Source of the DNA: the human T2T-CHM13v2.0 reference genome, Homo sapiens
DNA: 64,000 nt
Assembly (NCBI RefSeq): GCF_009914755.1
Contig: NC_060939.1
Strand: one strand, 5' to 3'
Part shown: positions 1 through 11,369 of the stretch, piece by piece
Position numbering within the stretch: the first letter of the stretch is position 1
Layout: every line of letters begins with the position of its first letter
The notes under the pieces: model-generated
The model's input: the letters and a program-made list of their open reading frames with translations, nothing else
Told to the model about the DNA's origin: nothing
Databases searched by the model: none
Made by a program: the position numbers and the translations under genes

Positions 1-205
1 TCTTTCCGTTCTGTACGATTCCTACCGTTCGATTTCATTTTGTTCCAGTCCATTCCTTTCGCGTCCATTCCATTCCATTTCACTCCATTCGATTCCATTC
101 CACTCGATTCCACTTCGTTCCATTTCATTGCATTCCATTCTATTCAACTCTATTGCCTTCCATTCCATTCCATTCGATTACATTCCATGCGATTCCATTC
201 GAAAT

Positions 206-420
206 CGAATCAATTACATTGCAATCCATTACTATTGAGTCCGTTTTATTCCAGTCCACTGCATTCTGGTCCATTCCATTTGATTCCATTCCATTCTATT
301 CCATTCCATACAGTTGCATTCCATTGGATTCCATGCTATATCTATAAATTCAATTCGAGACCATTGCTTTTGAGTCCATTCTATATGATTCCATTCCATT
401 CAAGTCCATTACATTTGGTT
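206..420 (+). repeat. Internal sub-repeat A of the monomer (homologous to sub-repeat B at 1171-1385)
   Basis: CGAAT CAATT ACATT GCAAT CCATT ... CCATA CAGTT GCATT ... CGAGA CCATT GCTTT TGAGT CCATT CTATA aligns without gaps, pentamer for pentamer, with 1171 onward. Confidence 0.85.
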
Positions 421-951
421 CAATTCCATTCCATTCCATTCCCTTCCATTACATTCCATTTGATATCAATCCATTCGATTCCATTCCATTCGAGCACATT
501 CCATTCGAGTCCATTCCATTCGATGCCATTCCATTTGATTCTATTCCATTAGTCTCCATTCAATTCCATTAATCTCCATTCCATTCCATTCTACTCCAAC
601 TGATTCCATTCCATTCTATTCCTTTCCATTCCATTTCATTCCATTCCATTCCATTTCATTCCATTCCATTCCATTCGTGTCCATTCCACTCCAGTCCATT
701 CCATTCGTGTCCATTCCATTCCAGTCCATTCCATTTGTGTCCACTGCATTCCATTCCACTCCATTCCATATTATTCCATTACACTCCATTCCATTCTATT
801 ACTTTCATTTCCATTCAATTCCATTCCATTTGATTCCATTCCACTCGGTTTCATTCCATTTGAGTCCACTCCATTCCATTCCATTCCATTCCATTCAGTT
901 CCATTCCATTCTGTTCCATTCCATTCCGTTCCATTACATTCCATTCCATTC

Positions 952-2745
952 GGTACCATTCCATATTGTTCCATTCGATTCCATTCGAATCCATTCCATT
1001 CCAGTCCATTCCAATCGATTCCATTCCATTCATTTCAATTCCATTCCATTCCATTCCATTACATTCCACTTGATTCCTCTCCATTCCCTTCCACTGCATT
1101 CCGTTCGATTCCATTCCATTGCATTGCATTCCATTCCATTGGATTGCATTCCATTCGATTCCATTCCATTCGAATCAATTACATAGCAATCCATTACTTT
1201 CGAGTCTATTCTATTCCGTTCCATTCGATTTCGTTCCAATCCATTCGACTCCATTCCATTCGATTCCATTCCATACTATTGCATTCCATTCGATTACATT
1301 ATATTCGAATAAGTTCCATTCAAGACCATTTCTTTTGAGTCCATTCTATTTGAGTCCATTCCCTTTGATTCCATAACATTTGAGTCCATTCAATTCCATT
1401 CCTTTCGTTTCCATTCCATTTGATGCCATTCCATTCAATTCTGTTCTACTCGACTCCAATACATTCAATTCCATTCCATCCGATTCCATTACATTCTTTT
1501 CATTTCTTATCCATTTCAAGCCATTCCACTCCATTCCATTCCACTCGTTTCCTTTCCATTCGCGTCCATTCCTCTCCAGTCCATTCCGTTCAATCCATTC
1601 CATTCCAGTCCATTCCATTCGAGTCCGTTCCATTCCAGTCCATTCCATTCGAGTCAATTCCATCCCATTCGATGTCTTTCCATAACGATCCATTCCATTC
1701 TATTCCTTTCGATTCCATTCCATTCTATTTCATTCCATTCGATTCCCTTCCATTGGACTCCTTTCCATTCGAGTGCATTCCATTCCGTTCCATTTCTTTC
1801 CGTTCTGTACGATTCCTACCGTTCGATTTCATTTTGTTCCAGTCCATTCCTTTCGCGTCCATTCCATTCCATTTCACTCCATTCGATTCCATTCCACTCG
1901 ATTCCACTTCGTTCCATTTCATTGCATTCCATTCTATTCAACTCTATTGCCTTCCATTCCATTCCATTCGATTACATTCCATGCGATTCCATTCGAAATC
2001 GAATCAATTACATTGCAATCCATTACTATTGAGTCCGTTTTATTCCAGTCCACTGCATTCTGGTCCATTCCATTTGATTCCATTCCATTATATTCCATTC
2101 CATACAGTTGCATTCCATTGGATTCCATGCTATATCTATAAATTCAATTCGAGACCATTGCTTTTGAGTCCATTCTATATGATTCCATTCCATTCAAGTC
2201 CATTACATTTGGTTCAATTCCATTCCATTCCATTCCCTTCCATTCCATTCCATTTGATATCAATCCATTCGATTCCATTCCATTCGAGCACATTCCATTC
2301 GAGTCCATTCCATTCGATGCCATTCCATTTGATTCTATTCCATTAGTCTCCATTCAATTCCATTAATCTCCATTCCATTCCATTCTACTCCAACTGATTC
2401 CATTCCATTCTATTCCTTTCCATTCCATTTCATTCCATTCCATTCCATTTAATTCCATTCCATTCCATTCGTGTCCATTCCACTCCAGTCCATTCCATTC
2501 GTGTCCATTCCATTCCAGTCCATTCCATTTGTGTCCACTGCATTCCATTCCACTCCATTCCATATTATTCCATTACACTCCATTCCATTCTATTACTTTC
2601 ATTTCCATTCAATTCCATTCCATTTGATTCCATTCTACTCGGTTTCATTCCATTTGAGTCCACTCCATTCCATTCCATTCCATTCCATTCAGTTCCATTC
2701 CATTCTGTTCCATTCCATTCCTTTCCATTACATTCCATTCCATTC
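952..2745 (+). repeat. D15Z1: Representative 1794-bp KpnI monomer; likely D15Z1 / HSat3A5 (chr15 short-arm satellite III)
   Basis: One GGTACC per unit (952, 2746, 4540 ... 33163 ... 43920 ... 63607), which would give a 1.8-kb KpnI ladder. A 1.8-kb KpnI satellite III unit is the known hallmark of D15Z1. The chromosome and subfamily call is from recall, not alignment. Confidence 0.7.
1171..1385 (+). repeat. Internal sub-repeat B of the monomer (965-bp offset from A)
   Basis: CGAAT CAATT ACATA GCAAT CCATT ... CCATA CTATT GCATT ... CAAGA CCATT TCTTT TGAGT CCATT CTATT has the same rare non-consensus pentamers in the same register as 206-420. Confidence 0.85.
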
Positions 2746-5700
2746 GGTACCATTCCATATTGTTCCATTCGATTCCATTCGAATCCATTCCATTCCAGTC
2801 CATTCCATTCGATTCCATTCCATTCATTTCAATTCCATTCCATTCCATTCCATTACATTCCACTTGATTCCTCTCCATTCCCTTCCACTGCATTCCGTTC
2901 GATTCCATTCCATTGCATTGCATTCCATTCCATTGGATTGCATTCCATTTGATTCCATTCCATTCGAATCAATTACATAGCAATCCATTACATTCGAGTC
3001 TATTCTATTCCGTTCCATTCGATTTCGTTCCAATCCATTCGATTCCATTCCATTCGATTCCATTCCATACTATTGCATTCCATTCGATTACATTATATTC
3101 GAATAAGTTCCATTCAAGACCATTTCTTTTGAGTCCATTCTATTTGAGTCCATTCCCTTTGATTCCATAACATTTGAGTCCATTCAATTCCATTCCTTTC
3201 GTTTCCATTCCATTTGATGCCATTCCATTCAATTCTGTTCTACTCGACTCCAATACATTCAATTCCATTCCATCCGATTCCATTACATTCTTTTCATTTC
3301 TTATCCATTTCAAGCCATTCCACTCCATTCCATTCCACTCGTTTCCTTTCCATTCGAGTCCATTCCTCTCCAGTCCATTCCGTTCAATCCATTCCATTCC
3401 AGTCCATTCCATTCGAGTCCGTTCCATTCCAGTCCATTCCATTCGAGTCAATTCCATTCCATTCGATGTCTTTCCATAACGATCCATTCCATTCTATTCC
3501 TTTCGATTCCATTCCATTCTATTTCATTCCATTCGATTCCCTTCCATTGGACTCCTTTCCATTCGAGTGCATTCCATTCCTTTCCATTTCTTTCCGTTCT
3601 GTACGATTCGTACCGTTCGATTTCATTTTGTTCCAGTCCATTCCTTTCGCGTCCATTCCATTCCATTTCACTCCATTCGATTCCATTCCACTCGATTCCA
3701 CTTCGTTCCATTTCATTGCATTCCATTCTATTCAACTCTATTGCCTTCCATTCCATTCCATTCGATTACATTCCATGCGATTCCATTCGAAATCGAATCA
3801 ATTACATTGCAATCCATTACTATTGAGTCCGTTTTATTCCAGTCCACTGCATTCTGGTCCATTCCATTTGATTCCCTTCCATTCTATTCCATTCCATACA
3901 GTTGCATTCCATTGGATTCCATGCTATATCTATAAATTCAATTCGAGACCATTGCTTTTGAGTCCATTCTATATGATTCCATTCCATTCAAGTCCATTAC
4001 ATTTGGTTCAATTCCATTCCATTCCATTCCCTTCCATTCCATTCCATTTGATATCAATCCATTCGATTCCATTCCATTCGAGCACATTCCATTCGAGTCC
4101 ATTCCATTCGATGCCATTCCATTTGATTCTATTCCATTAGTCTCCATTCAATTCCATTAATCTCCATTCCATTCCATTCTACTCCAACTGATTCCATTCC
4201 ATTCTATTCCTTTCCATTCCATTTCATTCCATTCCATTCCATTGCATTCCATTCCATTCCATTCGTGTCCATTCCACTCCAGTCCATTCCATTCGTGTCC
4301 ATTCCATTCCAGTCCATTCCACTTGTGTCCACTGCATTCCATTCCACTCCATTCCATATTATTCCATTACACTCCATTCCATTCTATTACTTTCATTTCC
4401 ATTCAATTCCATTCCATTTGATTCCATTCCACTCGGTTTCATTCCATTTGAGTCCACTCCATTCCATTCCATTCCATTCCATTCAGTTCCATTCCATTCT
4501 GTTCCACTCCATTCCGTTCCATTACATTCCATTCCATTCGGTACCATTCCATATTGTTCCATTCGATTCCATTCGAATCCATTCCATTCCAGTCCATTCC
4601 ATTCGATTCCATTCCATTCATTTCAATTCCATTCCATTCCATTCCATTACATTCCACTTGATTCCTCTCCATTCCCTTCCACTGCATTCCGTTCGATTCC
4701 ATTCCATTGCATTGCATTCCATTCCATTGGATTGCATTCCTTTCGATTCCATTCCATTCGAATCAATTACATAGCAATCCATTACATTCGAGTCTATTCT
4801 ATTCCGTTCCATTCGATTTCGTTCCAATCCATTCGATTCCATTCCATTCGATTCCATTCCATACTATTGCATTCCATTCGATTACATTATATTCGAATAA
4901 GTTCCATTCAAGACCATTTCTTTTGAGTCCATTCTATTTGAGTCCATTCCCTTTGATTCCATAACATTTGAGTCCATTCAATTCCATTCCTTTCGTTTCC
5001 ATTCCATTTGATGCCATTCCATTCAATTCTGTTCTACTCGACTCCAATACATTCAATTCCATTCCATCCGATTCCATTACATTCTTTTCATTTCTTATCC
5101 ATTTCAAGCCATTCCACTCCATTCCATTCCACTCGTTTCCTTTCCATTCGAGTCCATTCCTCTCCAGTCCATTCCGTTCAATCCATTCCATTCCAGTCCA
5201 TTCCATTCGAGTCCGTTCCATTCCAGTCCATTCCATTCGAGTCAATTCCATCCCATTCGATGTCTTTCCATAACGATCCATTCCATTCTATTCCTTTCGA
5301 TTCCATTCCATTCTATTTCATTCCATTCGATTCCCTTCCATTGGACTCCTTTCCATTCGAGTGCATTCCATTCCGTTCCATTTCTTTCCGTTCTGTACGA
5401 TTCCTACCGTTCGATTTCATTTTGTTCCAGTCCATTCCTTTCGCGTCCATTCCATTCCATTTCACTCCATTCGATTCCATTCCACTCGATTCCACTTCGT
5501 TCCATTTCATTGCATTCCATTCTATTCAACTCTATTGCCTTCCATTCCATTCCATTCGATTACATTCCATGCGATTCCATTCGAAATCGAATCAATTACA
5601 TTGAAATTCATTACTATTGAGTCCGTTTTATTCCAGTCCACTGCATTCTGGTCCATTCCATTTGATTCCATTCCATTCTATTCCATTCCATACAGTTGCA

Positions 5701-8700
5701 TTCCATTGGATTCCATGCTATATCTATAAATTCAATTCGAGACCATTGCTTTTGAGTCCATTCTATATGATTCCATTCCATTCAAGTCCATTACATTTGG
5801 TTCAATTCCATTCCATTCCATTCCCTTCCATTCCATTCCATTTGATATCAATCCATTCGATTCCATTCCATTAGAGCACATTCCATTCGAGTCCATTCCA
5901 TTCGATGCCATTCCATTTGATTCTATTCCATTAGTCTCCATTCAATTCCATTAATCTCCATTCCATTCCATTCTACTCCAACTGATTCCATTCCATTCTA
6001 TTCCTTTCCATTCCATTTCATTCCATTCCATTCCATTTCATTCCATTCCATTCCATTCGTGTCCATTCCACTCCAGTCCATTCCATTCGCGTCCATTCCA
6101 TTCCAGTCCATTCCATTTGTGTCCACTGCATTCCATTCCACTCCATTCCATATTATTCCATTACACTCCATTCCATTCTATTACTTTCATTTCCATTCAA
6201 TTCCATTCCATTTGATTCCATTCCACTCGGTTTCATTCCATTTGAGTCCACTCCATTCCATTCCATTCCATTCCATTCAGTTCCATTCCATTCTGTTCCA
6301 TTCCATTCCGTTCCATTACATTCCATTCCATTCGGTACCATTCCATATTGTTCCATTCGATTCCATTCGAATCCATTCCATTCCAGTCCATTCCATTCGA
6401 TTCCATTCCATTCATTTCAATTCCATTCCATTCCATTCCTTTACATTCCACTTGATTCCTCTCCATTCCCTTCCACTGCATTCCGTTCGATTCCATTCCA
6501 TTGCATTGCATTCCATTCCATTGGATTGCATTCCATTCGATTCCATTCCATTCGAATCAATTACATAGCAATCCATTACATTCGAGTCTATTCTATTCCG
6601 TTCCATTCGATTTCGTTCCAATCCATTCGACTCCATTCCATTCGATTCCATTCCATACTATTGCATTGCATTCGATTACATTATATTCGAATAAGTTCCA
6701 TTCAAGACCATTTCTTTTGAGTCCATTCTATTTGAGTCCATTCCCTTTGATTCCATAACATTTGAGTCCATTCAATTCCATTCCTTTCGTTTCCATTCCA
6801 TTTGATGCCATTCCATTCAATTCTGTTCTACTCGACTCCAATACATTCAATTCCATTCCATCCGATTCCATTACATTCTTTTCATTTCTTATCCATTTCA
6901 AGCCATTCCACTCCATTCCATTCCACTCGTTTCCTTTCCATTCGAGTCCATTCCTCTCCAGTCCATTCCGTTCAATCCATTCCATTCCAGTCCATTCCAT
7001 TCGAGTCCATTCCATTCCAGTCCATTCCATTCGAGTCAATTCCATCCCATTCGATGTCTTTCCATAACGATCCATTCCATTCTATTCCTTTCGATTCCAT
7101 TCCATTCTATTTCATTCCATTCGATTCCCTTCCATTGGACTCCTTTCCATTCGAGTGCATTCCATTCCGTTCCATTTCTTTCCGTTCTGTACGATTCCTA
7201 CCGTTCGATTTCATTTTGTTCCAGTCCATTCCTTTCGCGTCCATTCCATTCCATTTCACTCCATTCGATTCCATTCCACTCGATTCCACTTCGTTCCATT
7301 TCATTGCATTCCATTCTATTCAACTCTATTGCCTTCCATTCCATTCCATTCGATTACATTCCATGCGATTCCATTCGAAATCGAATCAATTACATTGCAA
7401 TCCATTACTATTGAGTCCGTTTTATTCCAGTCCACTGCATTCTGGTCCATTCCATTTGATTCCATTCCATTCTATTCCATTCCATACAGTTGCATTCCAT
7501 TGGATTCCATGCTATATCTATAAATTCAATTCGAGACCATTGCTTTTGAGTCCATTCTATATGATTCCATTCCATTGAAGTCCATTACATTTGGTTCAGT
7601 TCCATTCCATTCCATTCCCTTCCATTCCATTCCATTTGATATCAATCCATTCGATTCCATTCCATTCGAGCACATTCCATTCGAGTCCATTCCATTCGAT
7701 GCCATTCCATTTGATTCTATTCCATTAGTCTCCATTCAATTCCATTAATCTCCTTTCCATTCCATTCTACTCCAACTGATTCCATTCCATTCTATTCCTT
7801 TCCATTCCATTTCATTCCATTCCATTCCATTTCATTCCATTCCATTCCATTCGTGTCCATTCCACTCCAGTCCATTCCATTCATGTCCATTCCATTCCAG
7901 TCCATTCCATTTGTGTCCACTGCATTCCATTCCACTCCATTCCATATTATTCCATTACACTCCATTCCATTCTATTACTTTCATTTCCATTCAATTCCAT
8001 TCCATTTGATTCCATTCCACTCGGTTTCATTCCATTTGAGTCCACTCCATTCCATTCCATTCCATTCCATTCAGTTCCATTCCATTCTGTTCCATTCCAT
8101 TCCGTTCCATTACATTCCATTCCATTCGGTACCATTCCATATTGTTCCATTCGATTCCATTCGAATCCATTCCATTCCAGTCCATTCCATTCGATTCCAT
8201 TCCATTCATTTCAATTCCATTCCATTCCATTCCATTACATTCCACTTGATTCCTCTCCATTCCCTTCCACTGCATTCCGTTCGATTCCATTCCATTGCAT
8301 TGCATTCCATTCCATTGGATTGCATTCCATTCGATTCCATTCCATTCGAATCAATTACATAGCAATCCATTACATTCGAGTCTATTCTATTCCGTTCCAT
8401 TCGATTTCGTTCCAATCCATTCGACTCCATTCCATTCGATTCCATTCCATACTATTGCATTCCATTCGATTACATTATATTCGAATAAGTTCCATTCAAG
8501 ACCATTTCTTTTGAGTCCATTCTATTTGAGTCCATTCCCTTTGATTCCATAATATTTGAGTCCATTCAATTCCATTCCTTTCGTTTCCATTCCATTTGAT
8601 GCCATTCCATTCAATTCTGTTCTACTCGACTCCAATACATTCAATTCCATTGCATCCGATTCCATTACATTCTTTTCATTTCTTATCCATTTCAAGCCAT

Positions 8701-11369
8701 TCCACTCCATTCCATTCCACTCGTTTCCTTTCCATTCGCGTCCATTCCTCTCCAGTCCATTCCGTTCAATCCATTCCATTCCAGTCCATTCCATTCGAGT
8801 CCGTTCCATTCCAGTCCATTCCATTCGAGTCAATTCCATCCCATTCGATGTCTTTCCATAACGATCCATTCCATTCTATTCCTTTCGATTCCATTCCATT
8901 CTATTTCATTCCATTCGATTCCCTTCCATTGGACTCCTTTCCATTCGAGTGCATTCCATTCCGTTCCATTTCTTTCCGTTCTGTACGATTCCTACCGTTC
9001 GATTTCATTTTGTTCCAGTCCATTCCTTTCGCGTCCATTCCATTCCATTTCACTCCATTCGATTCCATTCCACTCGATTCCACTTCGTTCCATTTCATTG
9101 CATTCCATTCTATTCAACTCTATTGCCTTCCATTCCATTCCATTCGATTACATTCCATGCGATTCCATTCGAAATCGAATCAATTACATTGCAATCCATT
9201 ACTATTGAGTCCGTTTTATTCCAGTCCACTGCATTCTGGTCCATTCCATTTGATTCCATTCCATTCTATTCCATTCCATACAGTTGCATTCCATTGGATT
9301 CCATGCTATATCTATAAATTCAATTCGAGACCATTGCTTTTGAGTCCATTCTATATGATTCCATTCCATTCAAGTCCATTACATTTGGTTCAATTCCATT
9401 CCATTCCATTCCCTTCCATTCCATTCCATTTGATATCAATCCATTCGATTCCATTCCATTCGAGCACATTCCATTCGAGTCCATTCCATTCGATGCCATT
9501 CCATTTGATTCTATTCCATTAGTCTCCATTCAATTCCATTAATCTCCTTTCCATTCCATTCTACTCCAACTGATTCCATTCCATTCTATTCCTTTCCATT
9601 CCATTTCATTCCATTCCATTCCATTTCATTCCATTCCATTCCATTCGTGTCCATTCCACTCCAGTCCATTCCATTCATGTCCATTCCATTCCAGTCCATT
9701 CCATTTGTGTCCACTGCATTCCATTCCACTCCATTCCATATTATTCCATTACACTCCATTCCATTCTATTACTTTCATTTCCATTCAATTCCATTCCATT
9801 TGATTCCATTCCACTCGGTTTCATTCCATTTGAGTCCACTCCATTCCATTCCATTCCATTCCATTCAGTTCCATTCCATTCTGTTCCATTCCATTCCGTT
9901 CCATTACATTCCATTCCATTCGGTACCATTCCATATTGTTCCATTCGATTCCATTCGAATCCATTCCATTCCAGTCCATTCCATTCGATTCCATTCCATT
10001 CATTTCAATTCCATTCCATTCCATTCCATTACATTCCACTTGATTCCTCTCCATTCCCTTCCACTGCATTCCGTTCGATTCCATTCCATTGCATTGCATT
10101 CCATTCCATTGGATTGCATTCCATTCGATTCCATTCCATTCGAATCAATTACATAGCAATCCATTACATTCGAGTCTATTCTATTCCGTTCCATTCGATT
10201 TCGTTCCAATCCATTCGACTCCATTCCATTCGATTCCATTCCATACTATTGCATTCCATTCGATTACATTATATTCGAATAAGTTCCATTCAAGACCATT
10301 TCTTTTGAGTCCATTCTATTTGAGTCCATTCCCTTTGATTCCATAATATTTGAGTCCATTCAATTCCATTCCTTTCGTTTCCATTCCATTTGATGCCATT
10401 CCATTCAATTCTGTTCTACTCGACTCCAATACATTCAATTCCATTCCATCCGATTCCATTACATTCTTTTCATTTCTTATCCATTTCAAGCCATTCCACT
10501 CCATTCCATTCCACTCGTTTCCTTTCCATTCGCGTCCATTCCTCTCCAGTCCATTCCGTTCAATCCATTCCATTCCAGTCCATTCCATTCGAGTCCGTTC
10601 CATTCCAGTCCATTCCATTCGAGTCAATTCCATCCCATTCGATGTCTTTCCATAACGATCCATTCCATTCTATTCCTTTCGATTCCATTCCATTCTATTT
10701 CATTCCATTCGATTCCCTTCCATTGGACTCCTTTCCATTCGAGTGCATTCCATTCCGTTCCATTTCTTTCCGTTCTGTACGATTGCTACCGTTCGATTTC
10801 ATTTTGTTCCAGTCCATTCCTTTCGCGTCCATTCCATTCCATTTCACTCCATTCGATTCCATTCCACTCGATTCCACTTCGTTCCATTTCATTGCATTCC
10901 ATTCTATTCAACTCTATTGCCTTCCATTCCATTCCATTCGATTACATTCCATGCGATTCCATTCGAAATCGAATCAATTACATTGCAATCCATTACTATT
11001 GAGTCCGTTTTATTCCAGTCCACTGCATTCTGGTCCATTCCATTTGATTCCATTCCATTCTATTCCATTCCATACAGTTGCATTCCATTGGATTCCATGC
11101 TATATCTATAAATTCAATTCGAGACCATTGCTTTTGAGTCCATTCTATATGATTCCATTCCATTCAAGTCCATTACATTTGGTTCAATTCCATTCCATTC
11201 CATTCCCTTCCATTCCATTCCATTTGATATCAATCCATTCGATTCCATTCCATTCGAGCACATTCCATTCGAGTCCATTCCATTCGATGCCATTCCATTT
11301 GATTCTATTCCATTAGTCTCCATTCAATTCCATTAATCTCCATTCCATTCCATTCTACTCCAACTGATT

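Noticed and set aside
196-212. Heat-shock element or DUX4 site at TTCGAAATCGAATCA
   Set aside because: The TTC/GAA spacing does not fit nTTCnnGAAn. The DUX4 consensus match has a mismatch, and similar near-matches are expected by chance in diverged (GGAAT)n.
952-957. Perfect conservation of the KpnI site in all 36 units as a sign of function
   Set aside because: The units are nearly identical overall, so a 6-bp site surviving in all copies is expected from concerted evolution.
1346-1693. Minus-strand MEWNG-repeat ORFs resembling pentapeptide-repeat proteins
   Set aside because: A well-known artefact of translating (GGAAT)n. The same peptide appears in all three frames, and nothing in the sequence indicates coding function.
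1420-2346. 308-aa ORF (and the 169-, 122-, 101-aa + strand ORFs) repeated in most units
   Set aside because: These are the translation of (CATTC)n, giving HSIPF periodicity. The G-poor strand rarely forms stops, starts are mostly TTG/GTG, copies are not independent, and several are broken by stops or frameshifts (e.g. 5604, 7578, 25372, 34200, 43029). No domain is recognisable.
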